From positions 64,001-128,000 of the forward strand of contig JAHQWG010000033.1 in NCBI GenBank assembly GCA_029856045.1: a stretch of DNA of 64,000 bases, given 5' to 3'. Of this stretch, positions 1-10,768 are shown one piece after another. The DNA is from Promethearchaeia archaeon. Lineage in GTDB: Archaea > Asgardarchaeota > Lokiarchaeia > Sigyniarchaeales > SOKP01. Below the pieces are notes generated by a model. That model did not search any database, was not told where the DNA came from, and saw only the letters and a list, made by a program, of their open reading frames with translations. The translations under genes were made by a program, and so were the position numbers. Each line of letters begins with the position of its first letter. Position 1 is the first letter of the stretch.

Positions 1-1
1 T

Positions 2-685
2 GAATTTGATATTCGTTTAACCAAAGATAATGAAATTATCATAATGCACGATGAAAATACTAAAAGAACTACTGGTTATGATGGATTAATTAAAGATATG
101 ACACTCAGTGAATTAAAAAAATTAAATTGTGGTAATGAAGCAATAGATGCTGAAATTCCTACACTGGAAGAAATCATCAATCTCAAGAGGGGAAATACAA
201 AATTACAAATAGAAATGTGTTCCCTTGGATTGATTGAGCCATTATATAGTCTTCTAAAAAAGTATGATTTAATGGATTTAGTATTAGTAAGTTCATTTAG
301 ATTGGAAGAATTATTAAAATTACAACGTTTAAATCCAGATTTAAAATTAGCTTCACTTCATACGGCGCAACCTGGGGTTTTCGAAGAATTAAATCCCAAT
401 TTAAAATCAGAAACACTTAAAATAACTAAGTCTGGATGGGTTTTGGACTCCAAATATCGGAAAGCAATAGTTGATTTTGCAGTTAGACATAAATTTTATG
501 CGATTAATCCTTATTTTTTTTTTGCTGATGAGGAAATGATTAACTATGCTCATGAAAATAATATTTTATTCAGCATATGGACAGTAAATAGAAAAATGTC
601 ATTTAAAAAGTATATTAAAATGGGAGTAGACGGAATTTTTACAGATAATCCTAGACTCTTAATAAAATTATTAAAAGAAATTTAA
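2..685 (+). CDS. Glycerophosphodiester phosphodiesterase (GDPD family), 5'-truncated by the window edge
   Basis: Frame is open from position 2: EFDIRLTKDNEIIIMHD..; also contains IPTLEE, WTVN and GVDGIFTDNP, all typical GDPD motifs. Confidence 0.92.
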   Translation, partial: EFDIRLTKDNEIIIMHDENTKRTTGYDGLIKDMTLSELKKLNCGNEAIDAEIPTLEEIINLKRGNTKLQIEMCSLGLIEPLYSLLKKYDLMDLVLVSSFRLEELLKLQRLNPDLKLASLHTAQPGVFEELNPNLKSETLKITKSGWVLDSKYRKAIVDFAVRHKFYAINPYFFFADEEMINYAHENNILFSIWTVNRKMSFKKYIKMGVDGIFTDNPRLLIKLLKEI

Positions 686-827
686 AATGATAAATAATTT
701 CATTGAAACACTGAGACGGAAAACCAGATTTTCTAATATATTTAAATATCTTATACTTTTAAGATAAATGCAAGTAATTAATTTTTTATGTTTTATTACT
801 CAAATTAAGGTAGGTTGATGGATCATT

Positions 828-1196
828 ATGAAAAAAATACTTGTTGTTGATGATGAACGCGATACTGTAAGGCTCACAAAAAAGATTCTCGAGGATGATG
901 ACTTCGAAGTTATACCTTCATATGATGGAGAAGAAGCATTAGAAATAATTGAACAAAAATACAGTGATATTGATCTAATCCTCTTAGATATTATGATGCC
1001 AATAAAATCTGGTTTTTCTGTGTTAGAAGAATTAAAAAATGATGAACGATTTAAAAATATCCCCGTCATTTGTTTTACAATAAAAAATTTTAATGAGGAT
1101 ATTCAAAAAGCTAAAAAATTGGGTGCTTGTGGATATTTAGTCAAACCATTTTCAGGGAATCAATTAATTACGTACGTGAAAAATAAACTTCAATGA
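828..1196 (+). CDS. Stand-alone response regulator receiver (CheY-like)
   Basis: KKILVVDD, DLILLDIMMP (phosphoacceptor Asp), GYLVKPF; 122 aa with no output domain. Confidence 0.95.
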   Translation: MKKILVVDDERDTVRLTKKILEDDDFEVIPSYDGEEALEIIEQKYSDIDLILLDIMMPIKSGFSVLEELKNDERFKNIPVICFTIKNFNEDIQKAKKLGACGYLVKPFSGNQLITYVKNKLQ

Positions 1197-1238
1197 TTGT
1201 TATGGAAGATAAACCCAGAAGTTAATCTAAAAAATTCA

Positions 1239-2042
1239 TTATCTTTCTATTTCTTCTATTCCCTTATAGGTTCCAGTAAGTGGCTTCCCGGGGGATCCTT
1301 GATAAAAGAGCTCATTCAATTTCCCTTTCCAATGCTTGTGAATTACCGTATTTGGAAAAATTACATAATTTTTATCAATTAAAGCTCCACATCCTGAGAT
1401 ATTTCCTGGATAAATTACTGAATTTTCATTGATTTTAACTACAAACATATTAAGCCAGCCAAAAATTGAATTGACTGAATGAGACGACACTGCCGTTGAA
1501 GGATACATAAAAACATTATCTTGAATATCAGTAAATTCTAATCCCACAAAGACATCTTCCATTATAACATTTTTACCAATTTTATTATGACCGATTCTTC
1601 TTAAAGCCCTATTGAGTAACCAAGGAAATGGAGATTTCCCAGATAGCCACACAGGAAATTTAATTATAAATCCTCTTAAATGATAATATTTAATTAAACG
1701 AGTTTCAGGAGTTTCTTTATCTAGAAACATTCTTGGAAAAACTCCTTCTTGAGGGGGACTTTTTTTATTCCATTTCCTAACTAAAATTGCAGCAAATTCA
1801 ATTAATAAAATAATATAAATATAAAGAAGCAATAAAAACAAGGGGGGTAAAAATAAAAATATCCAAATTATATCTACTGACAATTTAATCATTATGAAGA
1901 GAAATAAAAGAAAGAGTCCCATACAAGGATAAAGTGGAATTACAAAACTAAGCATATTTAATCCAAAAAATGTTGAAACTGGTAAATCTACTGTTTGTTC
2001 CTTTTGTTCTACTTCATTACTTTCTTCGCTTCTGTTTTCCAT
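1239..2042 (-). CDS. Membrane-anchored hexapeptide-repeat (LbH) acyltransferase-like protein
   Basis: Two N-terminal hydrophobic helices, then GHNKIGKNV, VKINENSVIYP and IDKNYVIFPNTVI hexapeptide-like repeats, ending YQGSPGKP. Confidence 0.6.
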   Translation of the reverse strand: MENRSEESNEVEQKEQTVDLPVSTFFGLNMLSFVIPLYPCMGLFLLFLFIMIKLSVDIIWIFLFLPPLFLLLLYIYIILLIEFAAILVRKWNKKSPPQEGVFPRMFLDKETPETRLIKYYHLRGFIIKFPVWLSGKSPFPWLLNRALRRIGHNKIGKNVIMEDVFVGLEFTDIQDNVFMYPSTAVSSHSVNSIFGWLNMFVVKINENSVIYPGNISGCGALIDKNYVIFPNTVIHKHWKGKLNELFYQGSPGKPLTGTYKGIEEIER

Positions 2043-2147
2043 TGAATATATTTTATTAGCAAATTTTAAAATATTTTCTATTTTTTAATTTTATTCAATT
2101 TGGAGTTTTTATAAAATATTTTAAACATTCCAACCCTATCAATTATC

Positions 2148-3101
2148 ATGATCGACCCTTTCACCATATTTTCTGGAATTACTTTATCAATTATAGCAGC
2201 TTTTTGTTTTAATTATTCAATTATTTTAAATAAGAAAGGACTTTTGCAAGGATTACCTGATATCAACTTTGATCAAGGAGTAAAAAGTGTTGTAAAATCA
2301 TTTATTTCTTTTTTTAAAAATAGAGATTGGGCAATTGGATTCTTCTTAGGTATTATTGGATACCTACCGTATCTTATTTCTCAGAGTTTAGTGGGTATTG
2401 TTGTTACACAACCAATAACAAGTGTTGGTTTAATTATATTAGTTTATTTTGCTCATAAAAAGTTGAATGAAAAAATTGGATATATTGAAATTATTTCATT
2501 TATATTAATGATTGGAGGTATTATTCTGATTGCTTTTGCTCAAGTCTCAGATATTTTTATTGACATTTTAAACATCGCATTACTATTAATTCTTTTTAAC
2601 TTAGTATTAATCGGGATTTCAATAGGACTTTTTTTTATGGCATTAAGGAATAAAGGAAAAGGTATTGAAAGTGTTTTAATAATGATAATTGCTGGGTTAA
2701 TAACTTCGATTGGTTCAATACTCTCGGGTGCTTTAGTATTAACATTAAATAGTGGTGAATTCTTTACAATTCCTCTATTAGGAATTTTTGAAATTTTTTT
2801 TGGGATATTTTGGTTCGAAACTTACCATATTTGGGCATTTATTTGCTTTTGGGGATTAATTATCTTTAATATAATTGGATATACATTTGTTCAAGCAGGA
2901 TTACAGAGAGGAAAAGCTGTATTAACATTTCCCATATCAAATACCACAAATTTGATTGTTCCTTTAATTGCTGGATTATTTATATTTCAGCAATCTTTTC
3001 AAAATTACTTCTTATTTTTTATAGGAGCAATCTCAATTACGATTGCGACAATTATTTTATCAAGATTCCAAGCAAAAATCGAAAAAATTGAAATGCTCTA
3101 A
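2148..3101 (+). CDS. DMT-superfamily transporter (NIPA/EamA-like)
   Basis: About 9-10 TM helices; VVTQPITSVGL, LNEKIG, QAGLQRGKA and GLFIFQQ motifs. Confidence 0.7.
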   Translation: MIDPFTIFSGITLSIIAAFCFNYSIILNKKGLLQGLPDINFDQGVKSVVKSFISFFKNRDWAIGFFLGIIGYLPYLISQSLVGIVVTQPITSVGLIILVYFAHKKLNEKIGYIEIISFILMIGGIILIAFAQVSDIFIDILNIALLLILFNLVLIGISIGLFFMALRNKGKGIESVLIMIIAGLITSIGSILSGALVLTLNSGEFFTIPLLGIFEIFFGIFWFETYHIWAFICFWGLIIFNIIGYTFVQAGLQRGKAVLTFPISNTTNLIVPLIAGLFIFQQSFQNYFLFFIGAISITIATIILSRFQAKIEKIEML

Positions 3102-3130
3102 AAAGAAAAGGAATAGAAATATAAATCTCA

Positions 3131-5209
3131 TTATATAATATATTTTTTTCCATATTCTGGAATTACAATTTTTATATCATTTAGTTTCAATGATAAAAAT
3201 AAATTAGGATATTGTGTGTGAATTGGAAAAACAACTTTTGGTTTAATTTGATTAATAATATATTCTAGATCTTTTATTCTTGCATGTCCGGAGCAATGTA
3301 CTTGATAAAAGTTCCTCTCTTCGATTTTAAACAATTTCAACCAACTCATTAGTTTTTCATGTTCTAATTCCATTTCCGGTTCAAAAGGTTCCGATTTTGA
3401 ATGAATGAAAACACTTCCTGGAACGGGACGTAAATCTATCAAACTAAAAAGCGACCAGAAAGGTAAATAAATTACATATAATCCTTGATTGTTTGCGATA
3501 TCGTCGATAGTAATTGGCTTAACTTGATTATTTATTTCAAAATCTTGTTTTGTTTCCTCTTCAAACATATTCTTACTTGCAGGAGAATATGTATAATCTT
3601 CTTTCTCATATAGTCCCCAACCTTTCCTTGAGAGGTAAGGAACTAAATCCATATCTAAAGGTGGAATATTCGAATAATCTCCCTTTATATTATATTTCTT
3701 ATCTTTTAGAGCGTAATTTAATCTTTCAATTAATTTATAAGTATTTGGCATAATTGCTAATTTTCTTCCATTATTTTTAGCTGCTTTAAAAAATGAATTA
3801 ATTCGACTTAAATCTCTCAAGGAACAAGCAAACATAACTAAACCATTTGTTTCTTCAATTATTTTTGTAATTTTCTCTTCTAATATATCCTCACTTTCAA
3901 CCTCTCCCATCTCTCTTGAGCCACTAATATTAGTTCCTTCACATATTAGAACATCTGGCTCGAATTTTCTTCCAATCTCTATAAAATTTAATGTTTTTTG
4001 TTTTAAATTCGATGGGCCATGCATTCTAATATCTCCTGTATATATTATACGTTTATTATTTTCAATATCTTCAATTAAATATGCTCCAGCTCCAGAGGTT
4101 GAATGATCTACTTCATGGAATTTTATTTTAAATGCCCCATTAACTTTTTTTTCACCTAAAAAATAATCCAAAGTTAATTCTTCATTTGAATTTAAAGTAA
4201 TAAAGCTCCTCTCTTTCATTTTAATATCTCTTTTATATCCTCTCCTAAGCTTAGTAAAATCTGCTCTATATGGAACCAAAATAAAATTCTCCATATATTG
4301 AGTAATACCAGAAAAAGTATCACTTTGAATAAATTCAAAATGATCGAGAAATTCCTTAGAGATTTTACTACTAACATTAATCACTCGGGGATCTATAATC
4401 TTTATATCCGAAACATGATCAGAGTGAGAGTGAGTTATTAACACATGACTAATTTGAGATTCACCTATTGGGTTATAACCAAATCTTTTATTCCAAATTT
4501 CATAATTACGTTGATATTTTTGTTTAGAATCATATTTTTTTTTAGTTACTTCACCTGTAATATTGAAAATATACCATTTTTCATTAAAAAAACTACAATC
4601 TATTTTAGCTAATTTATCTCCAAATGCTTTAATAATTGTATTCAATGACTCCTTAACTTCCTCTGCACCATCAAGTCCCGCTTTCGATATAAGAGTAAAT
4701 AAATTGTCTTCATCAATTTTAAAAAATGTAATAAATTTATCTAAATGTTTTTCTGTTAGATTTATTATTTCTCGTATCCCTCCATACTCAATACTGAATG
4801 TTATGCTAATGTTATAGCCAAATTGTGGATTTCCATAATATTTTGTTTCAAGAATATCAATATTTTTGCAAGGGATATGTATGTTTAGAAATTTGTTATC
4901 ATCTGATTCAATTATTCCTAATTCTCTTACTTTTGTAGCAATACCTACTTTTTGTTTTAAAAAATATAAATCCTCTCTATAAAGACCATGAAATGGCGTA
5001 CCGGGTTTAGGTTCCGGGATAAACCCTAAAGTTATATAATCCTCAATAATATTGAATTTTCGAGGATTTAAAAAAGTGTCAAGATATTGATTACTAAAAT
5101 CTTTTCCAAAATCAAGTAGAATAGACTTTTTATTTTTATTTTCAGGAGAAACAAGAATTTTATTGCCACCGATTTTTCCAACTCCACCCCAAAATGAAAT
5201 TGTTGTCAT
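3131..5209 (-). CDS. MBL-fold beta-CASP nuclease (archaeal RNase J-like) with a large N-terminal insertion
   Basis: GGVGKIGGN, LLDFG, THSHSDH, VDHS, YTGDIR, ICEGT, HCSGH and PIHT motifs. Confidence 0.88.
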   Translation of the reverse strand: MTTISFWGGVGKIGGNKILVSPENKNKKSILLDFGKDFSNQYLDTFLNPRKFNIIEDYITLGFIPEPKPGTPFHGLYREDLYFLKQKVGIATKVRELGIIESDDNKFLNIHIPCKNIDILETKYYGNPQFGYNISITFSIEYGGIREIINLTEKHLDKFITFFKIDEDNLFTLISKAGLDGAEEVKESLNTIIKAFGDKLAKIDCSFFNEKWYIFNITGEVTKKKYDSKQKYQRNYEIWNKRFGYNPIGESQISHVLITHSHSDHVSDIKIIDPRVINVSSKISKEFLDHFEFIQSDTFSGITQYMENFILVPYRADFTKLRRGYKRDIKMKERSFITLNSNEELTLDYFLGEKKVNGAFKIKFHEVDHSTSGAGAYLIEDIENNKRIIYTGDIRMHGPSNLKQKTLNFIEIGRKFEPDVLICEGTNISGSREMGEVESEDILEEKITKIIEETNGLVMFACSLRDLSRINSFFKAAKNNGRKLAIMPNTYKLIERLNYALKDKKYNIKGDYSNIPPLDMDLVPYLSRKGWGLYEKEDYTYSPASKNMFEEETKQDFEINNQVKPITIDDIANNQGLYVIYLPFWSLFSLIDLRPVPGSVFIHSKSEPFEPEMELEHEKLMSWLKLFKIEERNFYQVHCSGHARIKDLEYIINQIKPKVVFPIHTQYPNLFLSLKLNDIKIVIPEYGKKYII

Positions 5210-5335
5210 CTTTAAATACCTCTTATCAAATATATTTATAAAATCTAATTATTTATTAAATTAAACATTAAATGATTAACAAATCTTCACAGACTAATAA
5301 TTTATTAAAAAATTTCGCATTAATTAAAAATCAAA

Positions 5336-7519
5336 ATGAGTAAAGACAAGGACTCTAAAGATCTTTCAGAAGAGTTTATATTTGAATTTTTTGAGGAGGT
5401 TGAAGATACTTCTGTAAACGGTAAGGAACTGATAAAAAAATACTATACAATTAATTTTGAACAAGAACTAAATGAGGAGCAGCTTGAGATAGTAAATAAT
5501 ATTAAAGGTCCAATGCTAGTAATCGCCGGAGCGGGTTCAGGTAAGACAAGGACTATTGTTTATTCTGTAGCTAGATTATTATTAAATGGAGTTCGCCCCT
5601 CTGAAATAATGCTTGTTACCTTTACTAATAAAGCAGCTCAAGAAATGATTAAACGTGTGGAAAAATTACTTGGCAAAAGACCGAAAGGAATATGGGCTGG
5701 AACTTTTCATTCCATGGCCAATCGATTTATTCGAATATATACCAAAACTCTTAGCTTGAAACCAAATTATACAATAATGGATGAATCTGATGCAAATGCA
5801 CTTATGAAGTTGGCAACTGATGAAATAAATATGAAAGAAATTGAAGAACGGTTTCCAACTTCTAAAATATGTAAGAATATATTGTCATATTCGATTAATT
5901 GTAATAAATCTATTCAAGAAGTTATTCTCTGGAAATATCCGCAATTTGATAGTAATAAAATACTCACGAAATTAAATGATACTTTTGAGATATACAAAAA
6001 GAAAAAAGCAAAAGATAATTTGGTTGATTTTGATGATTTATTAGTCTATTGGAATCTATTATTAGATGAAAGATCATTTGCTCAACGTATTGCAAAAAAT
6101 ATAAAATATATTTTAGTTGACGAATATCAAGATACAAATTATATCCAAGACGAGATTATTCATAAGATTACTATTCAAAATCCCGAACATAATATTATGG
6201 CTGTTGGAGATGATGCACAAAGTATTTACGCATTTCGAGGAGCAAATTTTCAGAATATTTTAAATTTTTCAAAAAAGTTTAGTAATTGTAAAGTTTATAA
6301 AATCACTTATAATTATCGCAGCATTCCTGAAATTCTTGATCTAGCAAATAATTCAATTCAATACAATAAAAAGCAATACAAAAAAGATATGAAAACCACT
6401 CGACGTAATGGAGTAAAACCTTATCAAGTTAATGTAGGAGACGATGAAGATCAGGCAAAATTCATTGCCAACCAAATTTTAACATTGCGTTCAAAAAATT
6501 TTAAATTAAATGAAATGGCTGTCCTTTATCGTGCTGGGTTTCATTCTATGAAGATTGAATTAGAACTCCAAGCCAAAAATATACCGTATGAAGTACGATC
6601 AGGTGTATCATTTTTTGAAAGGGCGCATATAAAAGATTTGATTGCTCACTTACGAATAATTGAGAATCCTTATGATGAGTTATCATGGTCTCGAATTTTT
6701 TCTATGATCCCGGGATTTGGGACAATTTCTGGTTCAAAAATTTTTAGTGTCATATCTCAGACTGAGCATCCCATCGAATCTATATTAAATAAAACATTTT
6801 TTTCAGGAAAATTGAAAGGAGAAAGAATTCCAAAAGATGGACTAAGAAATCTAAGAGTTCATATAAAACAATTAATTACACTTTCCCGTGAAGATAATCC
6901 TTCTGAAGTGATATTGAATCTTACTGAATTACTTGAAGATCGACTAAAATCAAAATATTCCGATTGGTATGATCGCTTAGATGATTTAAAACAACTTAGT
7001 ATTTATGCTACAGATTTCAAAACAATTCAGCTATTTTTAGAGCAAATGAGCTTAAATGTATCCGAATTAGATTCAAGAACTACATCATTAGGTTCTAAAA
7101 AAAAAGATGAAAAACCGTTAGTTCTTTCAACTATCCATCGAGCAAAAGGTCTAGAATGGCGAGTTGTCTTTATTCCTATGCTATCTGAAGATTATTTTCC
7201 ATCTCATAGAGTAGTGGGTGATGAGAATGCTTTTGAGGAAGAACGAAGAGTATTTTATGTAGCAGTGACTAGAGCAAAAGATCAGTTATTTATGATATCT
7301 CCCTCTGTTATTTCTGGATTTAAGGGAAAACAAACAGCAAGACTATCCCAATTTGTATCCGAGTTAAATCCTAAATATTATTTAAAATCAAAAGTTCGGT
7401 TTAAATCAACTCCGATTGAATATAAAAAAGGCAGAAAAAGGCAGAAAAGGCATTATGATACTAGCTCTTCGTTTATCTCAGCTGATACTCTATTAGATGA
7501 TAAAAAGAAGAAAAAATGA
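5336..7519 (+). CDS. ATP-dependent SF1 DNA helicase (UvrD/PcrA family)
   Basis: AGAGSGKT, TFTNKAA, LVDEYQDTN, VGDDAQSIYAFRGA, STIHRAKGLEW, EERRVFYVAVTRA. Confidence 0.97.
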   Translation: MSKDKDSKDLSEEFIFEFFEEVEDTSVNGKELIKKYYTINFEQELNEEQLEIVNNIKGPMLVIAGAGSGKTRTIVYSVARLLLNGVRPSEIMLVTFTNKAAQEMIKRVEKLLGKRPKGIWAGTFHSMANRFIRIYTKTLSLKPNYTIMDESDANALMKLATDEINMKEIEERFPTSKICKNILSYSINCNKSIQEVILWKYPQFDSNKILTKLNDTFEIYKKKKAKDNLVDFDDLLVYWNLLLDERSFAQRIAKNIKYILVDEYQDTNYIQDEIIHKITIQNPEHNIMAVGDDAQSIYAFRGANFQNILNFSKKFSNCKVYKITYNYRSIPEILDLANNSIQYNKKQYKKDMKTTRRNGVKPYQVNVGDDEDQAKFIANQILTLRSKNFKLNEMAVLYRAGFHSMKIELELQAKNIPYEVRSGVSFFERAHIKDLIAHLRIIENPYDELSWSRIFSMIPGFGTISGSKIFSVISQTEHPIESILNKTFFSGKLKGERIPKDGLRNLRVHIKQLITLSREDNPSEVILNLTELLEDRLKSKYSDWYDRLDDLKQLSIYATDFKTIQLFLEQMSLNVSELDSRTTSLGSKKKDEKPLVLSTIHRAKGLEWRVVFIPMLSEDYFPSHRVVGDENAFEEERRVFYVAVTRAKDQLFMISPSVISGFKGKQTARLSQFVSELNPKYYLKSKVRFKSTPIEYKKGRKRQKRHYDTSSSFISADTLLDDKKKKK

Positions 7520-7653
7520 AAATGCAAAATGCTATATTTACTATTAATTAATTTCTTATTCTATTATCTGATAAGTGCATTTAATAATTGCAATCCCTTA
7601 ATATTTAAAACTCTTTTAATAAGTTTTTTAAATTAAATAATAAGCTTTAAATT

Positions 7654-10600
7654 ATGGCTGAAAAAAATCTCTTCTATAAAGATAAATATTTTATGATTAA
7701 TGGAGAACCGTGTTTTCTTTTTGGTGGAGAAATGCACTATTCTCGAATCCCAAGAGGATTATGGGAAGATCGGTTAAATAAAATGAAACAATGCTTTCTT
7801 AATACATATAGCTCATATTCTTTTTGGAATTATCATGAAAAGGAAAGGGGAAACGTAAATTTAGCAGAATTAGAAGATATTCTAGGTTTAGCTCATAATA
7901 TAGATTTACATGTTATTGTACGCTGCGGTACTTATGCATGTGCAGAATGGGATTGTGGTGGATATCCACATTGGCTTCTAACAAGTAATTTTCAGTTCAG
8001 AGATTTTAATAAACAATATTTAATGTTAGAAAAAGATTGGCATGGTAAATTTTCAAAAGTAGTAATCCCTTATCAGTTTCCACAAGGTCCGGTTATTTTA
8101 TATCAGGTTGAAAATGAGTTTTTCTGGCATGATAGGAAATACCTCCCGTATTTATATAAAATGGCCAGAGATTTAGGAATAACAATTCCAATTTTCGTTA
8201 ACGAAAATTTTGAAGTAGAAGATATATGTCCTTTAATAAATGCAATTGATTTGTATCCCGGAGAATGGGACTTTTTTGAACCTTCTTTTTGGATGTTTAA
8301 ATATATGCGAAAAAATCATGACAAACCTCGATTCATAGCAGAATTAGAAGGAGGTTGGTTTAGTCGGTATGGAGGACAATTACCAACCCAGAGAGGAAAA
8401 TGGGATCCTAATTGGACCGAAGTGCTTACAAAATTTTTTATTGCAACAGGTTTAAACGGAACAATAATGTATATGTTTGATGGGGGCACAAACTTTAATT
8501 ATTGGCCTTCTGGTGGTGATGCTAGGTTAACTACTACTTATGATTATGATGCCTGTATAAGAGAGTCTGGAGGATTACATGAGAGATACTATCGAATGAG
8601 ACTAATTGGTGGGTTTATCGACACTTTTGGAAAAATCTTGGTCCAAATGAAACCAAAATTAAATTACTTTAAATTGCTTTTCTTTGGGATAAAGAGGATT
8701 TTTAATAAAAAAAGACCTGTCGCATTCATCAGATCTTTAAATGAATCCCAATTTTCATTCATTTTAAACGATAATCCAAATAAAATTAAGAATAAGGAAA
8801 TAAATTTTAAATTAGAAAATATTGAAGAAAAGAAGAAAATTAGTGTCATAATTCCTCCAAAATCTCTTAAAATAATTCCTATTAATATTAAAATTAGTGA
8901 AAAGGTGAAAATAGAATACTGCACGGCTGAAATTTTCCGAATAACAAGTGAGAAAATTGCAGATAAAAATATAATATTTCTCATCTGCTACGATAAAAAA
9001 AACATCAAGAATGAAATATCTATTAAGATTGAAAATGAATCTGACTCGAAAATATTACAACTTGATCACAGCATCCCTATATGCGAAGTATTAAATATTA
9101 GTGACAAGAATAAATTATGTGTAATATCAATCAATAAAGATCTTGCTAAAAAAACTCAATTTTTTAATGGAATCCCAATTATCTCAAATATATACTTTGC
9201 TGAACCTCAAATCCTGCAAACTTCTAGAAATGAACTAAATATTGAATTAGATTCCAATAAAATAATTTTATGGATTCCAGAAATTGCTTCTATAAATTCT
9301 ATAAAACTTAAATTACTTGATGGAACTGATAATACCTATGAAATAAATCCCAAATCAATTAAAAATGGATTAAAATATTTTGAAATTAATGATTCTAATA
9401 TAAAGGAATTTAACCAATTCGAAAACCCCAAAATTGAATTTAATAAATTGAAATATAAATCAGATAGTGAGCCCCTACTAATAGATTATAATGATAACAA
9501 CTGGAAAAATATGGACCACATAATCTCTTTAGAAGAATCTGGATTTTATAAAAATGGTTTCTATATATACAGAGTAAAGTTTTCTACTCCTGATATAATC
9601 TCGCAAGAATCTTTTGAAATAATTCTTAATTTAGGGATAAGAGGACATTCTTTAGTGATTTTGAATGGAATTTCTTTTGGATTAGGAAGAGGGGTGCGTT
9701 TATTAAATATTGCAAAGCTTCTTAAAAAAGGAGATAACAAAAATACATTAATAATACTAGTAGAGAATGATGGGCATCGTCATTTCGCTAACGTCTGGGA
9801 GAGAAGTGGGCTTACAAGAACTCCAATTCTTATGTTTGGAAAAGAAAACTCTTTAAAAATTCGTTTTACTAGAACTCGTAAATTAAAGGGGGATAAAATT
9901 CCATTAAAATTAAAAAGAGCTCTATTTTTACCCGCTAACATCATTTCAAAACCTTTAGATAAATTAAAGGCAATGGTAGGCGAAGGAATGACTTTAAGTG
10001 GGATATTTGGTCTTTTTTCTGTCTATTTAAATATAAAAAATGAAGGATACCTATGGTATAAATCTACTTTCTATTATGAAGAAGAAAAAATTGAAGAATT
10101 TAAAAAAACAAATAAACGATTATGGTTAATGATGGATAAGGTGGGACAGAATTGTAAAATATGGCTAAATAATACCGTTATCGATACTCTATATAATCGA
10201 AAGAATGCAAATGGATTCGATATAACAGATTTGTTAAAACCAGGAAAAAATGTATTACTTGTTGCAATGAATTTAAGAGGAGGCTACACAATACTTTCAA
10301 ATGTATATCTAACTGAAGGGTATGAATTAACTGATTTTAAAATTCAATACGGATTTAATGGGCAAATTGGTAAATATTTCTTACCCGAAATTAATACTGA
10401 CGATTGGCAAACGATTGAGGATAAATCCTTTATGTTTGTTCAGAAAGAACCAGTTGGTTGGTTTAAAATACAATTTAAAATTAAAGAAAAGAAATCTGAT
10501 ATCATATGTCCTTTAAAACTAATAATCCCTAAGGAAATTAAAGGAACTGCCTTAATATTTCTAAATGAAAAACATATCGGACGATATGAAGATATTGGCC

Positions 10601-10764
10601 CTCAATTTGAATATTATTTGCCAGAACCATGGTTAAAATGGAATGGTGAGATTAATGATTTAACAATTTTAGTTGTTTCATTCAAGAAAAATACAGTCTT
10701 ACATCCTGACTTTAAAATAAAACCATACTTTACTCATAAAAAAGTTCAATTAAATTTTCTCTAA
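7654..10764 (+). CDS. Beta-galactosidase, glycoside hydrolase family 35, with C-terminal jelly-roll domains
   Basis: GGEMHYSRIP, FWNYHE, YACAEWDCGGYP, QVENE (acid/base), AELEGGWF (nucleophile), YMFDGGTNF, TTYDYDA; no signal peptide. Confidence 0.93.
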   Translation: MAEKNLFYKDKYFMINGEPCFLFGGEMHYSRIPRGLWEDRLNKMKQCFLNTYSSYSFWNYHEKERGNVNLAELEDILGLAHNIDLHVIVRCGTYACAEWDCGGYPHWLLTSNFQFRDFNKQYLMLEKDWHGKFSKVVIPYQFPQGPVILYQVENEFFWHDRKYLPYLYKMARDLGITIPIFVNENFEVEDICPLINAIDLYPGEWDFFEPSFWMFKYMRKNHDKPRFIAELEGGWFSRYGGQLPTQRGKWDPNWTEVLTKFFIATGLNGTIMYMFDGGTNFNYWPSGGDARLTTTYDYDACIRESGGLHERYYRMRLIGGFIDTFGKILVQMKPKLNYFKLLFFGIKRIFNKKRPVAFIRSLNESQFSFILNDNPNKIKNKEINFKLENIEEKKKISVIIPPKSLKIIPINIKISEKVKIEYCTAEIFRITSEKIADKNIIFLICYDKKNIKNEISIKIENESDSKILQLDHSIPICEVLNISDKNKLCVISINKDLAKKTQFFNGIPIISNIYFAEPQILQTSRNELNIELDSNKIILWIPEIASINSIKLKLLDGTDNTYEINPKSIKNGLKYFEINDSNIKEFNQFENPKIEFNKLKYKSDSEPLLIDYNDNNWKNMDHIISLEESGFYKNGFYIYRVKFSTPDIISQESFEIILNLGIRGHSLVILNGISFGLGRGVRLLNIAKLLKKGDNKNTLIILVENDGHRHFANVWERSGLTRTPILMFGKENSLKIRFTRTRKLKGDKIPLKLKRALFLPANIISKPLDKLKAMVGEGMTLSGIFGLFSVYLNIKNEGYLWYKSTFYYEEEKIEEFKKTNKRLWLMMDKVGQNCKIWLNNTVIDTLYNRKNANGFDITDLLKPGKNVLLVAMNLRGGYTILSNVYLTEGYELTDFKIQYGFNGQIGKYFLPEINTDDWQTIEDKSFMFVQKEPVGWFKIQFKIKEKKSDIICPLKLIIPKEIKGTALIFLNEKHIGRYEDIGPQFEYYLPEPWLKWNGEINDLTILVVSFKKNTVLHPDFKIKPYFTHKKVQLNFL

Positions 10765-10768
10765 TTTT

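Noticed and set aside
1194-1382. In-frame ORF directly after the TGA stop of the response regulator (possible selenocysteine readthrough)
   Set aside because: The receiver domain is already complete, the TGA is not at a Cys-equivalent position, and the extension is antisense to a real gene
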